IMG/VR virus record: IMGVR_UViG_3300012665_000117
Coordinates: 1 to 24,996 of that record
Source of the DNA: a virus
Taxonomy: Duplodnaviria; Caudoviricetes
Length of the DNA stretch: 24,996 nucleotides
Direction: 5' to 3' (one strand)
Shown: positions 7,522-15,860 of the stretch, in pieces
Layout: every line of letters begins with the position of its first letter
Position numbering within the stretch: the stretch's first letter is position 1
Position numbers and translations under genes: made by a program
Notes under the pieces: generated by a model
The model's input: only the letters and a program-made list of their open reading frames with translations
Told to the model about the DNA's origin: nothing
Databases searched by the model: none

Positions 7522-7747
7522 ATATTTGTATTACTGCATAGATGCCTGTGACTAACATGGCCTTAAGAGCCATATCGTCTGCTTCAGCATCTAATCTATC
7601 TGTTCTAACTAGGTCTTCTAATAACTCTTTTGCTTCGCTTGGATTAATCTGTCCAGCTTGCAATGCTTGACCAATCTGATATGCTGTGTTAGCACGTTCT
7701 GCCGCCCAACCTTTACCTGAATTAATACAATGAATAAGTTCGTTCAT
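7514..7747 (-). CDS. Hypothetical protein
   Basis: 77-aa ORF overlapping both neighbours in the operon. Confidence 0.7.
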   Translation of the reverse strand: MNELIHCINSGKGWAAERANTAYQIGQALQAGQINPSEAKELLEDLVRTDRLDAEADDMALKAMLVTGIYAVIQICG

Positions 7748-8139
7748 TAGAATCTCCCTAGTACTGCACTAGCCGCACGTTCAGCTTGTGTAGTCATTAA
7801 TTTTTTCTTAATCTCGCAATATGCATCACTGCCTTGCTTTTCGCTTGTACTGCGCTTGTAAAAATCATCTACAGTTTCTTGCATTGGCTTAATCAAACGT
7901 AATACATCGTTTTGTCTAGAACCTTTGCTAGTACTATATAGTTCAAACCATTGTAGGTTATCTTTAATCTGTTTAACTTGCAGTGCGTGTGGCTGTTTGC
8001 AATCTAACTGTATTACACTTTGACGCACATCAATAATCTTAGCTGACTGATTAGGATCCTGAAAGCTAGGAATCATATCCTTAACACTTGCACAGCCAGT
8101 TAAGGCAACTGCTAATACTAATGCTACGATTGTTTTCAT
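7747..8139 (-). CDS. Putative lipoprotein
   Basis: Signal peptide MKTIVALVLAVALTG-C with lipobox LTGC. Confidence 0.8.
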   Translation of the reverse strand: MKTIVALVLAVALTGCASVKDMIPSFQDPNQSAKIIDVRQSVIQLDCKQPHALQVKQIKDNLQWFELYSTSKGSRQNDVLRLIKPMQETVDDFYKRSTSEKQGSDAYCEIKKKLMTTQAERAASAVLGRF

Positions 8140-9329
8140 TTCTTTCCTGTTGGCACACAGTTATCTACTGTCTTGCCGCCCTTTTGTTTAGTGCCCATAC
8201 GTTTGTAGCCATCCCAGCAGGCCTTGCCATCAACACCTTTCTGTTTAGCTTCTTCAAGATTTACATAATCTTTAAAACTTAAACCTTCGCTATACTTGTC
8301 ATGTTTGTCACGGATCTTATCTAACTGTTCTTCGCTAGCACCTTCACGACCTGCTTTGGCCAATGCTTTCATTCCGTCCTTGCCATACTTCTCATTGCCC
8401 TTAGCCGCACGACTCATTGTTTTTTCTTTAGCTTCTTCCATGGCTTTCTTAAAACCCTTGCCCGGTACCCATCCTGCAATAGGTTTACACTTGCAACTAT
8501 CGCCAGGACACTTGCAATCCTCCATACCACATTGCATACAACGCTTTTCTGTACCTTCTTCAATACTTTCGTTCTTAGGAGCCCACCATTTGCCAACGCC
8601 AAATGCTTTGTCAGCTAGGTCTTTTTGCATACCAAATGTGCGGCCACTTGTGCTATACTTGGTCTTTGCCCACTTGCCACTCTTAGTTTGCTTAACACCT
8701 AAGCTGGCAGCTTCTTGTTCTTGTCCAGGTTGTACATTATAAAAGAACATGCCGGTCATTTTAGGTTTGTCTTGTGGTGCTTGATACTTAGTAGCAGGTT
8801 CGTCTAGATCGTGTCTTTCATCATTGGCACCGCCGTCTTGTTGATATGCTAAACTATCACGCTTGCCCATACCACTTACACTACTTGCATAATCTCTATC
8901 GTATGCTGTTGAGCTGCCTGGACGACGAAACGCACCTGCTTCGTCGACTTGTTCTTCTGTGCTTTCACCCATGCTGTCGTTAAACATATCTGGTTGCAGA
9001 ATGCCTTTACCAACATTGTGATAAGCAGTCATGAATGCGTTGAACTTGTCCATCATGTCACGTAGACTAGCTTCGTCTGCGTTGATTTTAATCTTATTGA
9101 CTTGAGCCATTACTTCGTCTTGAATAGTATCAGCGGCTAATAAAAATGCATTAGCATCACCGCCTACTGAACCTTCTTCAAAACTTGTAATAACAGATTC
9201 TTGTGCAGGTGTATACGGATTGCTACTTTCTCGAATAATAGATACAAACTTTTTCATATCGTTAGCACCTTGCACAGGCTTCTTCTCAGCGGCCCCGTCA
9301 AAGGCTTGTAATATTTTCTTCATATCCAT
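8136..9329 (-). CDS. Modular hypothetical protein, probable protease-processed head protein
   Basis: Starts MDMKKILQAFD; several E|A and E|G junctions; Cys-rich module RCMQCGMEDCKCPGDSCKC; C-terminal CWDGYK..GTK.KGGKTVDNCVP. Confidence 0.75.
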   Translation of the reverse strand: MDMKKILQAFDGAAEKKPVQGANDMKKFVSIIRESSNPYTPAQESVITSFEEGSVGGDANAFLLAADTIQDEVMAQVNKIKINADEASLRDMMDKFNAFMTAYHNVGKGILQPDMFNDSMGESTEEQVDEAGAFRRPGSSTAYDRDYASSVSGMGKRDSLAYQQDGGANDERHDLDEPATKYQAPQDKPKMTGMFFYNVQPGQEQEAASLGVKQTKSGKWAKTKYSTSGRTFGMQKDLADKAFGVGKWWAPKNESIEEGTEKRCMQCGMEDCKCPGDSCKCKPIAGWVPGKGFKKAMEEAKEKTMSRAAKGNEKYGKDGMKALAKAGREGASEEQLDKIRDKHDKYSEGLSFKDYVNLEEAKQKGVDGKACWDGYKRMGTKQKGGKTVDNCVPTGKK

Positions 9330-9341
9330 TTTGTCTATTCC

Positions 9342-10400
9342 TTATTTGGCAGCGTTTTTCCACATAGCGGCTGCGGCAATACGTTTGCCTTTTTCACCGC
9401 CACCTGCTTTCTTGGCCACTGTGTCGAAACTCTTGCCTGGCTTACCAATGTCCTTACCTGCTTTAGCTTTCTTAACTAATGCTGACTTAGCACCTTTGCT
9501 CATTCCTGCGCTTGGCTTTGCGGCTTCATATGCCATAGAACTACCACATTCTTTTAGACCGTGTACTGGGCACTTCTCACCTTTTTCAGTGTGATTGCAT
9601 TTGGCATCGGCTTCTTTTAAACGTCCGTCTTTTTCAGCTGACTTTAACATTGCCGCACGATCTGCATAGCTACCACGCTTGACATCTTTGGCAGCTGCCT
9701 TCTCGCCCGGAGTAGGATTCTTAACGTGCTTTAGTGGATCAAACTTTTCTTCTTTGACTTTCTTATCAGCCTCAGCACTTTTGCCACTGTAGTTCTTACC
9801 AGCTGTGTGTTTGATACCTGTTGCTGTCTTTTCGATAGTACCGCCAGTGCTAGACTTTTTCTTTTCGCCAGCTTTCATGCCTGCTGTACCTTGTGCATTT
9901 TTCTTTGCATCATCAACAGTTGGGAAACCTTCTTTAAATGGCTTACCTGATTTTGCCGCTGCCTTGGCACGTGAGCCCCAAACTTCATCTTTGTTTGTTT
10001 CGACTTTGCCGTCACCGTCATAGTCTTTCTTGGCTTTCTTAACAGCACTTTCTAGTAGTGCCTGTAGTTTTTGTTCGTAGTTCATAGATTCTTCCATTTC
10101 CATTTTTTCATCATCGGCTTCTTCTGCGGCACGAGCGGCAGTTTCCATATCTCCAGTAATGTCGTCAACACTTGACGCAACTGCGCCCTGACCAAACTTT
10201 ACTTGATACTCCATGTAGTGATAGATGCTGTCTAAATAGTCAGCAGCCTTAGTGATCTTTGCTTGTACCCAACCTTCTAGTTGTTGGTTATTCTGAATCA
10301 TTTGAAACAATTTCATAGAGTGCTTGGCAGCTCTATATAGGTCAGCACGGGCCATTCCGCCTTCGTCATCTGGTCCTTGCATTTGTACTTGTGGTTGCAT
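9342..10400 (-). CDS. Modular hypothetical protein, probable protease-processed head protein
   Basis: LEGWVQAKITKAADYL module, EF-hand-like DYDGDGKVETNKDE, CNHT..GEKCPVHGLKEC, Lys/Ala-rich tail. GGAG SD and ATAAATA upstream. Confidence 0.75.
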   Translation of the reverse strand: MQPQVQMQGPDDEGGMARADLYRAAKHSMKLFQMIQNNQQLEGWVQAKITKAADYLDSIYHYMEYQVKFGQGAVASSVDDITGDMETAARAAEEADDEKMEMEESMNYEQKLQALLESAVKKAKKDYDGDGKVETNKDEVWGSRAKAAAKSGKPFKEGFPTVDDAKKNAQGTAGMKAGEKKKSSTGGTIEKTATGIKHTAGKNYSGKSAEADKKVKEEKFDPLKHVKNPTPGEKAAAKDVKRGSYADRAAMLKSAEKDGRLKEADAKCNHTEKGEKCPVHGLKECGSSMAYEAAKPSAGMSKGAKSALVKKAKAGKDIGKPGKSFDTVAKKAGGGEKGKRIAAAAMWKNAAK

Positions 10401-10423
10401 GAGGTAACTCCGTTGTCTTTATG

Positions 10424-10430
10424 TATTTAT
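10424..10430 (-). promoter_or_regulatory. T4-like late promoter (ATAAATA) overlapping the upstream stop codon
   Basis: ATAAATA about 24 nt upstream of the ATG at 10400. Confidence 0.5.
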
Positions 10431-10759
10431 CGTTTTAAGCTGCCACCAGTAAGTAAGTTAGTACCCTTAACATCTAGTGCATTTTTTGTTGTACCGTCTT
10501 TATTCTTATTAGTTTTACCTGTTTTATTAGGGTATACTGGCCCGACTCCTACGTTAGCCGCACTAGTAGCGCCTGCACTAGCAGATTCAGCCATTTCAAG
10601 GTCTTTATTCTTATGTTTAGCATCACCTTGCTTTGCGGCCTTCTTTTTGTCTTTGTGTGCGCCAGCGCCTGTATTAATAGCATTTTTAGCTACAAAGTTG
10701 CGTGGCTTAGGTGCTTCAGCTTTTTTAGTTTTTGCTTCTAATAGTTCACTCATTTTCAT
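10427..10759 (-). CDS. Small basic protein with capsid-targeting-like N-terminus
   Basis: Starts MKMSELLEA; PRNFVAKNA...AGAHKDKK and ESASAGATSA modules. Confidence 0.75.
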   Translation of the reverse strand: MKMSELLEAKTKKAEAPKPRNFVAKNAINTGAGAHKDKKKAAKQGDAKHKNKDLEMAESASAGATSAANVGVGPVYPNKTGKTNKNKDGTTKNALDVKGTNLLTGGSLKR

Positions 10760-10768
10760 GATAGGTCC

Positions 10769-11608
10769 TCATCCAATGTTTAATACGTTTTTGTAATCTT
10801 TAAAATGACTTACACGATCAGCAAGTCCTTTAAGTGCAGGATTAATCTTTTTAGTTACTGCCGCAGTATCATTAAAGTTATTTACACTAGGCTTGACCCT
10901 AGTTTGCCAATACCATACTGCAATCTTTGCGGCAACTTCGGGAGTAGCGGCCAGTTCAGGTTTAGCTTCTAACGGTAATCCAAGAGCATTGCCAGCCATA
11001 CGATAGTTGTCACGACCAGTGATTTGTATAAAGCCGCGACCCTTATAACGAGCACCGTCACCTACTTGTTTGTTGCCCAATATCTTTGCAGTCTTGGGAG
11101 CATACTTTGGATCGTACTTTTTAAAGTCTAAACTGCCACCGATCTCTTTCATATGTCCAAAATCTGCACTTTCGTGTCTTAACTGTGCCATAAACTGTGC
11201 AAGCTCTAGACCTTTAATGCCCGATTGAATAGCAACTTTTTGTACAATATGTTCAACGCTGGGATTCTTACTTATGTTGTTGGTTTCAACATTACTAGGG
11301 GCATTGACCTGGCGCTTAATGTCTGCAACCTTTTTGTCAACTTTAGGATCTGCTTTGACTTGTTTTGTTATTGCAGGCTTATCAATGGGTTTCTTTTTGG
11401 CAGCTTCTGCATCACCGGATCCACCTAATGCGGCAGCACCAATGGCAGCACCTGCTACCCAATCCTTCCAACCTTCTTCAAGACCTTCGGTTGTCTGTGC
11501 CGCTTCGGGTTTCTTAGGCTTGATCGGTTCAATAAACTTTTTAGGTTTCTTGTTATACTTTCTAGCACGAACACCTTTTTTATGTTCGAACAGTTCACGT
11601 AATCTCAT
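10769..11608 (-). CDS. Glycoside hydrolase family 19 (chitinase/lysozyme-like) protein with capsid-targeting-like N-terminus
   Basis: AQFMAQLRHES, DGARYKGRGFIQITGRDNY, TKKINP..GLADR; starts MRLRELFE. Confidence 0.88.
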   Translation of the reverse strand: MRLRELFEHKKGVRARKYNKKPKKFIEPIKPKKPEAAQTTEGLEEGWKDWVAGAAIGAAALGGSGDAEAAKKKPIDKPAITKQVKADPKVDKKVADIKRQVNAPSNVETNNISKNPSVEHIVQKVAIQSGIKGLELAQFMAQLRHESADFGHMKEIGGSLDFKKYDPKYAPKTAKILGNKQVGDGARYKGRGFIQITGRDNYRMAGNALGLPLEAKPELAATPEVAAKIAVWYWQTRVKPSVNNFNDTAAVTKKINPALKGLADRVSHFKDYKNVLNIG

Positions 11609-11892
11609 ACAGGAGGTTCTCCTGTAAGATAAGGCAGACTAAACCATAACTTAAACCATTCTTGAGTTCCGGGCTGTATGTTATGTTTCTTCATTAGCTC
11701 GCCCTTACTATTGCCAGTAACACTTATGTTACTACCTTGATTAGCACGATACTCATGTAGTCTAGCTTCTGCACCTAGCCCTCCCATACCTGATAATATT
11801 TTTAGTTCATGTACAGGATCGTCGGGCGCAAGATAACAATCATCGGGGCTATCCTGATTTAAGTCTTGACTTGTTATCTTATATTGTTTCAT
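11605..11892 (-). CDS. Hypothetical protein
   Basis: 95 aa, ATGA overlaps at both ends; NIQPGTQEWFKLWFSLPYLTGE motif. Confidence 0.75.
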   Translation of the reverse strand: MKQYKITSQDLNQDSPDDCYLAPDDPVHELKILSGMGGLGAEARLHEYRANQGSNISVTGNSKGELMKKHNIQPGTQEWFKLWFSLPYLTGEPPV

Positions 11893-12914
11893 TTTACTAG
11901 TCTAAATGCTTTAAGATTCTTACGTGGTGTACCTTTGTTTACATCCACAGTCGAGTTCTGTTTAGTAATAATACCTACTCCGGCCGCATCTTCGTTTAAT
12001 CCAAATCCTTCACGGACGGCATTCATGAATTCGCTAACACTTGCTTCTGTAGATGGTAGACTATTTTCTTCACCGATATGCGGATCGCCTTCTTCTACGG
12101 TACCTAATGCATAATGGAAAAAGCCACCGCCTTCATTTTCTATAATAGCAATATAGAACTGATCGTCAGTCTCTTGACCCTTAGTTGAAAACATAAAAGC
12201 ATCATCGCCCTTACGACCACCTTTCCATCCCATAGCTTTCATTGCGCTGTTAATTTTGTTTACAACCTCAGGCCACTCTAATGCAGTTCCTAAGGTAGCT
12301 TCTGTTACACCTTCTACAGGAGCAGCCACTTTCTTCTTTGCTACTTTCTTTACAGGGGCATTACTGTATGGTAGTAGATATTCTGCTACTAGATCAAAGA
12401 ACGGTTTGCCAGCAACTGGAGTATCTGCAGGTACACCCGCAGCCGCGGCAAATGCTTCACGATCATCTTTAGAGACTGCATCACGTAATGCTGTAGCTGA
12501 ACTTAAACGTGGTGTTGGCTTTTGTTTGATCTGTTTAAAGTTATAGAATCCGTGAGCACCTTCTTTACCATTGTACTGTACAATAGTTTTAGTAACCCAA
12601 TCTTCATCAGTTAGGCATAGTAGTGTAACATCGCCGTGCTTTTCATATACTAGACTAGCCAGTGTTAGCCAACTTGTTTCTGCAATAATATGTCCTTCAA
12701 CTTCTGGCCATATAGCAGTCATTGCTTCTACTTTGATGCCGTATGGTAATGGATCCTTTGGACCTACTGTGCTTTCGTTAGTACCTACATACCATACTGG
12801 ACTTTTAGCGGCAAGTTCCCATGCGGCTCTATGTCCCTTATGTGGAGGGTTAAAGCGGCCAAATATAATGGCTACTTCTTGTCCTAGTCCTTCAAATAGT
12901 TGTCTTAGTTTCAT
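11889..12914 (-). CDS. Cytidylyltransferase-like (HxGH nucleotidyltransferase) protein
   Basis: FGRFNPPHKGH, KDPL and LSSATALR motifs; starts MKLRQLFE. Confidence 0.82.
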   Translation of the reverse strand: MKLRQLFEGLGQEVAIIFGRFNPPHKGHRAAWELAAKSPVWYVGTNESTVGPKDPLPYGIKVEAMTAIWPEVEGHIIAETSWLTLASLVYEKHGDVTLLCLTDEDWVTKTIVQYNGKEGAHGFYNFKQIKQKPTPRLSSATALRDAVSKDDREAFAAAAGVPADTPVAGKPFFDLVAEYLLPYSNAPVKKVAKKKVAAPVEGVTEATLGTALEWPEVVNKINSAMKAMGWKGGRKGDDAFMFSTKGQETDDQFYIAIIENEGGGFFHYALGTVEEGDPHIGEENSLPSTEASVSEFMNAVREGFGLNEDAAGVGIITKQNSTVDVNKGTPRKNLKAFRLVK

Positions 12915-12923
12915 AATAAGTCC

Positions 12924-14066
12924 TTAGGTCGGTGTCCAACGCTTGCGAGGAACAAGTTTAACGTGTCCTAGCTGTTTATTTTGATCAGCATAGCGTACAC
13001 GACCTTCTCCGTTTGTGTCCCATATCTCGCCTTGTTCACCTTCGATTTGATCAATGATGTCGTCCTTCATTGCCTGTATTCTTTTCACTAATGTAAAGAT
13101 AGTTGCTAGTGCTGTAGGATTAGCCGCAACTAGATCATTAATCTTTTGTTGTTTACCTGGACTAGTCTTTGAAGCTGCCAGCCAATCTGTAAAGTGCTTT
13201 GGGCTTAGACTGTCTAACTGTTTTGCTTTGGCAGTTTGATTTACATAAGTGTAGATGATATTCTTTAAGTCGCTCAATCCTGGAAGACCTTGTAGGAAGC
13301 TGTCCATCTGTGCTCCGTGAGCTTGTGCAAACTGTTCAATGGCACCGACTGCGGTAGTGTCAATCTTAACAGGCTTGCTGTTATATATTGGACCAAGAAC
13401 GATTAACTGTGGATTGCTGTTGAACTGACTGAAGTCACTGATGGGCTTTTGACTAGCATCAGGCATACCAAACTCTGGAAAGAACGCATGTCCCACTACC
13501 ATTACCTGTGCATTGCCAATACGCTTGCCTAATGTGCTTTCTTGTCTAACATGGTAGCAAGTTTGACTCTTATTATTAGGACAGAAGTTATAAACGCCTT
13601 CTTTATCTACTGGGGGTTGTTGTAGGAACAAACCGTCTGCATAGACAAAGCCTACAAAGTCACGTGGCGTTGCTTTATCGAATAGGGGATATAGGCTAGA
13701 AAAGTCACTGGCAAACTTGTCACGTGCGGCCTTTTCTTCTGGAGTCTTTGGACTTCCTGATTTATTAGCAATAAAGTCTTGTACGGCTTCCGGACTATCA
13801 GTAACAGCACCTTTGCTCCATCCGTTATGCCCTGCAAGAACAAGTGGACCATTGGCAGTTTCTCTACCCCAATAGATTTGAGGATTACCGTCCCACTTCA
13901 TGCGAATACTTTGTGCGCCTTCTTGGCTAGCAAAATCTTTAATGTGACTTAGAGCTTCAAGTGTGCCTTTAGTGCCGTGAAAGAAAACTAGATCCTCTAG
14001 GTGGTTAAATGCTCGACCTAACTGTTTAGGTGCTTCTGCTTCTTTAAACAGTTGTCTTAATCTCAT
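12924..14066 (-). CDS. DUF6267-like protein with KxDG ligase/capping-type motif
   Basis: HLEDL, MKWDGNP, ADGLF, GEGRV, VKLVPR resemble covalent nucleotidyltransferase motifs I, III, IV and V. Start reassigned to MRLRQLFKEA at 14066 (ATGA overlap). Confidence 0.65.
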   Translation of the reverse strand: MRLRQLFKEAEAPKQLGRAFNHLEDLVFFHGTKGTLEALSHIKDFASQEGAQSIRMKWDGNPQIYWGRETANGPLVLAGHNGWSKGAVTDSPEAVQDFIANKSGSPKTPEEKAARDKFASDFSSLYPLFDKATPRDFVGFVYADGLFLQQPPVDKEGVYNFCPNNKSQTCYHVRQESTLGKRIGNAQVMVVGHAFFPEFGMPDASQKPISDFSQFNSNPQLIVLGPIYNSKPVKIDTTAVGAIEQFAQAHGAQMDSFLQGLPGLSDLKNIIYTYVNQTAKAKQLDSLSPKHFTDWLAASKTSPGKQQKINDLVAANPTALATIFTLVKRIQAMKDDIIDQIEGEQGEIWDTNGEGRVRYADQNKQLGHVKLVPRKRWTPT

Positions 14067-14824
14067 AACTGCACCTTGTCCAACATATGACGGAACCATT
14101 CATTAGTTCCAATGCGATAACTTTCTTGCTTGACTGGCACTTCTTTCCAGTTAGCATCTTCTTTGGCCTTTGCTAATAGTGCATCTGCTTCGGGCTTAGG
14201 TAAAGCGGCAAGGATAGATTCAACACTGCCTAGATCTTTAGAACTACCCGTTGGCCCAAATAGGTGTTTAGCAACATCATCTAAGTTGTCAGCAACTAAG
14301 TCGCCTTTCTTACCTTCTGGTGTACGACTAAACAATCCTTGCCATGCACTCCACATGTAGTTTTTCTGCTTGGCTAGTATGGCCATTATCAGTTGTTTGT
14401 TGACACCTTTGTAAGGACTGTTATCCGGTATGGCGTGTGTATGGAACTTAGACACTTTCTCAGCATTAGCTGACACCATAATGTCCACTTGGTGGAACTC
14501 TCCGCCTACAGGAACATTCACGTGTACATTGATGCCGCTTTGTGCAGTTTCTAAACCTTTACTTGTAATATAATCGTTAAGTGCCTTGCGACCAGCTTTA
14601 GCATCTTTGGCTTTAAAATAGTTTAGTACAGCTTGCTCGTCAACGATAACATCCATGTCTCCGCTAGTCTTACCTGGCTTTGGCGTTGCCGCAGAGCCAA
14701 CGGGGATAGCAGTAATACCTGTTCCGGCTAGTGCTCCGTTAACAGTCTTAAGGATTGCAGGAACATCTTTGTGGTCGAATGGTGTTGCGTTGGCAAATAC
14801 ATTGCCGCCTTCTAATAAAATCAT
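14063..14824 (-). CDS. Pol-beta-superfamily nucleotidyltransferase-like protein
   Basis: VGSAA...SGDMDVIV (GS + DxD) with a third Asp in QVDIM; starts MILLEGGNVF. Confidence 0.7.
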   Translation of the reverse strand: MILLEGGNVFANATPFDHKDVPAILKTVNGALAGTGITAIPVGSAATPKPGKTSGDMDVIVDEQAVLNYFKAKDAKAGRKALNDYITSKGLETAQSGINVHVNVPVGGEFHQVDIMVSANAEKVSKFHTHAIPDNSPYKGVNKQLIMAILAKQKNYMWSAWQGLFSRTPEGKKGDLVADNLDDVAKHLFGPTGSSKDLGSVESILAALPKPEADALLAKAKEDANWKEVPVKQESYRIGTNEWFRHMLDKVQL

Positions 14825-15165
14825 CGGTCATCTCCATCATAGTCGCCTTGCTCGATGCGATCCTTCTCTTGACCAAAAATCTTGCGGGCTAGCTCATCAC
14901 GATCGACATCTGTGAATACAGATTTTTCATTATCGGGAATATTAAACTTTTTGCAGTAGGCTTCTGCGGCTCTATCTACACAGGGACGAAAAACTCCGTC
15001 ATGACATCTTTTACCTGATTTGATATGTGCTTTAACCTTACTGATCATAGGAAAAAACACCTTGCGGTAAAAATTAGGATCGTTATGCATGAAGAAGTGT
15101 AGATCGTCGTGTAGGTCTACTTCTTCAAGATTGATCGCTGAGTTTGTAACTTCATCCATTCTCAT
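14821..15165 (-). CDS. Hypothetical protein, first gene of the late block
   Basis: DDLHFFMHNDPNFYRK motif; late promoter upstream. Confidence 0.75.
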   Translation of the reverse strand: MRMDEVTNSAINLEEVDLHDDLHFFMHNDPNFYRKVFFPMISKVKAHIKSGKRCHDGVFRPCVDRAAEAYCKKFNIPDNEKSVFTDVDRDELARKIFGQEKDRIEQGDYDGDDR

Positions 15166-15200
15166 AGCACAAATACCTTATTATAGAGTATTTATGCTAT
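15164..15200 (-). promoter_or_regulatory. Late promoter ATAAATA embedded in a hairpin that covers the start region
   Basis: AUAGCAUAAAUAC pairs with GUAUUUGUGCUAU (13 bp, one G-U); the 3' arm includes the AU of the AUG. Confidence 0.65.
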
Positions 15201-15212
15201 TTTGAAGTTAGG

Positions 15213-15860
15213 TTAAATTTCCGTAGTAGTGACTAACTGCTCTACTTTTCGTATTTTATCAGCTAAAAAGATGTGGCAAAGGCTCAGAGTCTTCTCATCT
15301 GCTACGTAAAAGTGCCCACCAAACTTGTATTTGTTGTTAGTAGTCTTGATCTTAGGTAGTTTACCAGCCCATGTTTTAAAGTTATCAGCAGAGTCCCATA
15401 GGGCATTAACTGTTACCTTATACTTGTGAGTATACTCTTTACGTATGATAGCTTTAGGAGTAGATAACAAAAAATCTTTAGTTTTAACATCAGCAGGCTC
15501 TGCTGTTTCTTCTACTTGTATTCCGGGGATACTTAGAATCTTGTGAAAGAAGTCATCATCGTTGCTGTATAATCCAAGGGTAGTACTTTCAACTCTAAGT
15601 GTATAACTAGATAGAGTTTCCAAAGCATCAGCAACAGCTATAGCACGATCAACATCATCTTTTGATGCTAGTTGTCTATTCCAACCGCCTACTTGTATAC
15701 GATTTGTTTTGTTAGTGACAAACCTTTCTTTTAGAATAGCTAACTCTAGTTTGATTACAGTTAGCTGATTTCCTCTGAAAGTTGAAGCTACAGGTAGCCG
15801 TAGGGCTACCTTGTAGACATATTTGCCAAAGAACAGTTTAGTGGTTTTCTTGGAAAGCAT
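15213..15860 (-). CDS. Hypothetical protein
   Basis: Likely start MLSKKTTKLFFGKY at 15860, overlapping the end of clpA. Confidence 0.7.
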   Translation of the reverse strand: MLSKKTTKLFFGKYVYKVALRLPVASTFRGNQLTVIKLELAILKERFVTNKTNRIQVGGWNRQLASKDDVDRAIAVADALETLSSYTLRVESTTLGLYSNDDDFFHKILSIPGIQVEETAEPADVKTKDFLLSTPKAIIRKEYTHKYKVTVNALWDSADNFKTWAGKLPKIKTTNNKYKFGGHFYVADEKTLSLCHIFLADKIRKVEQLVTTTEI

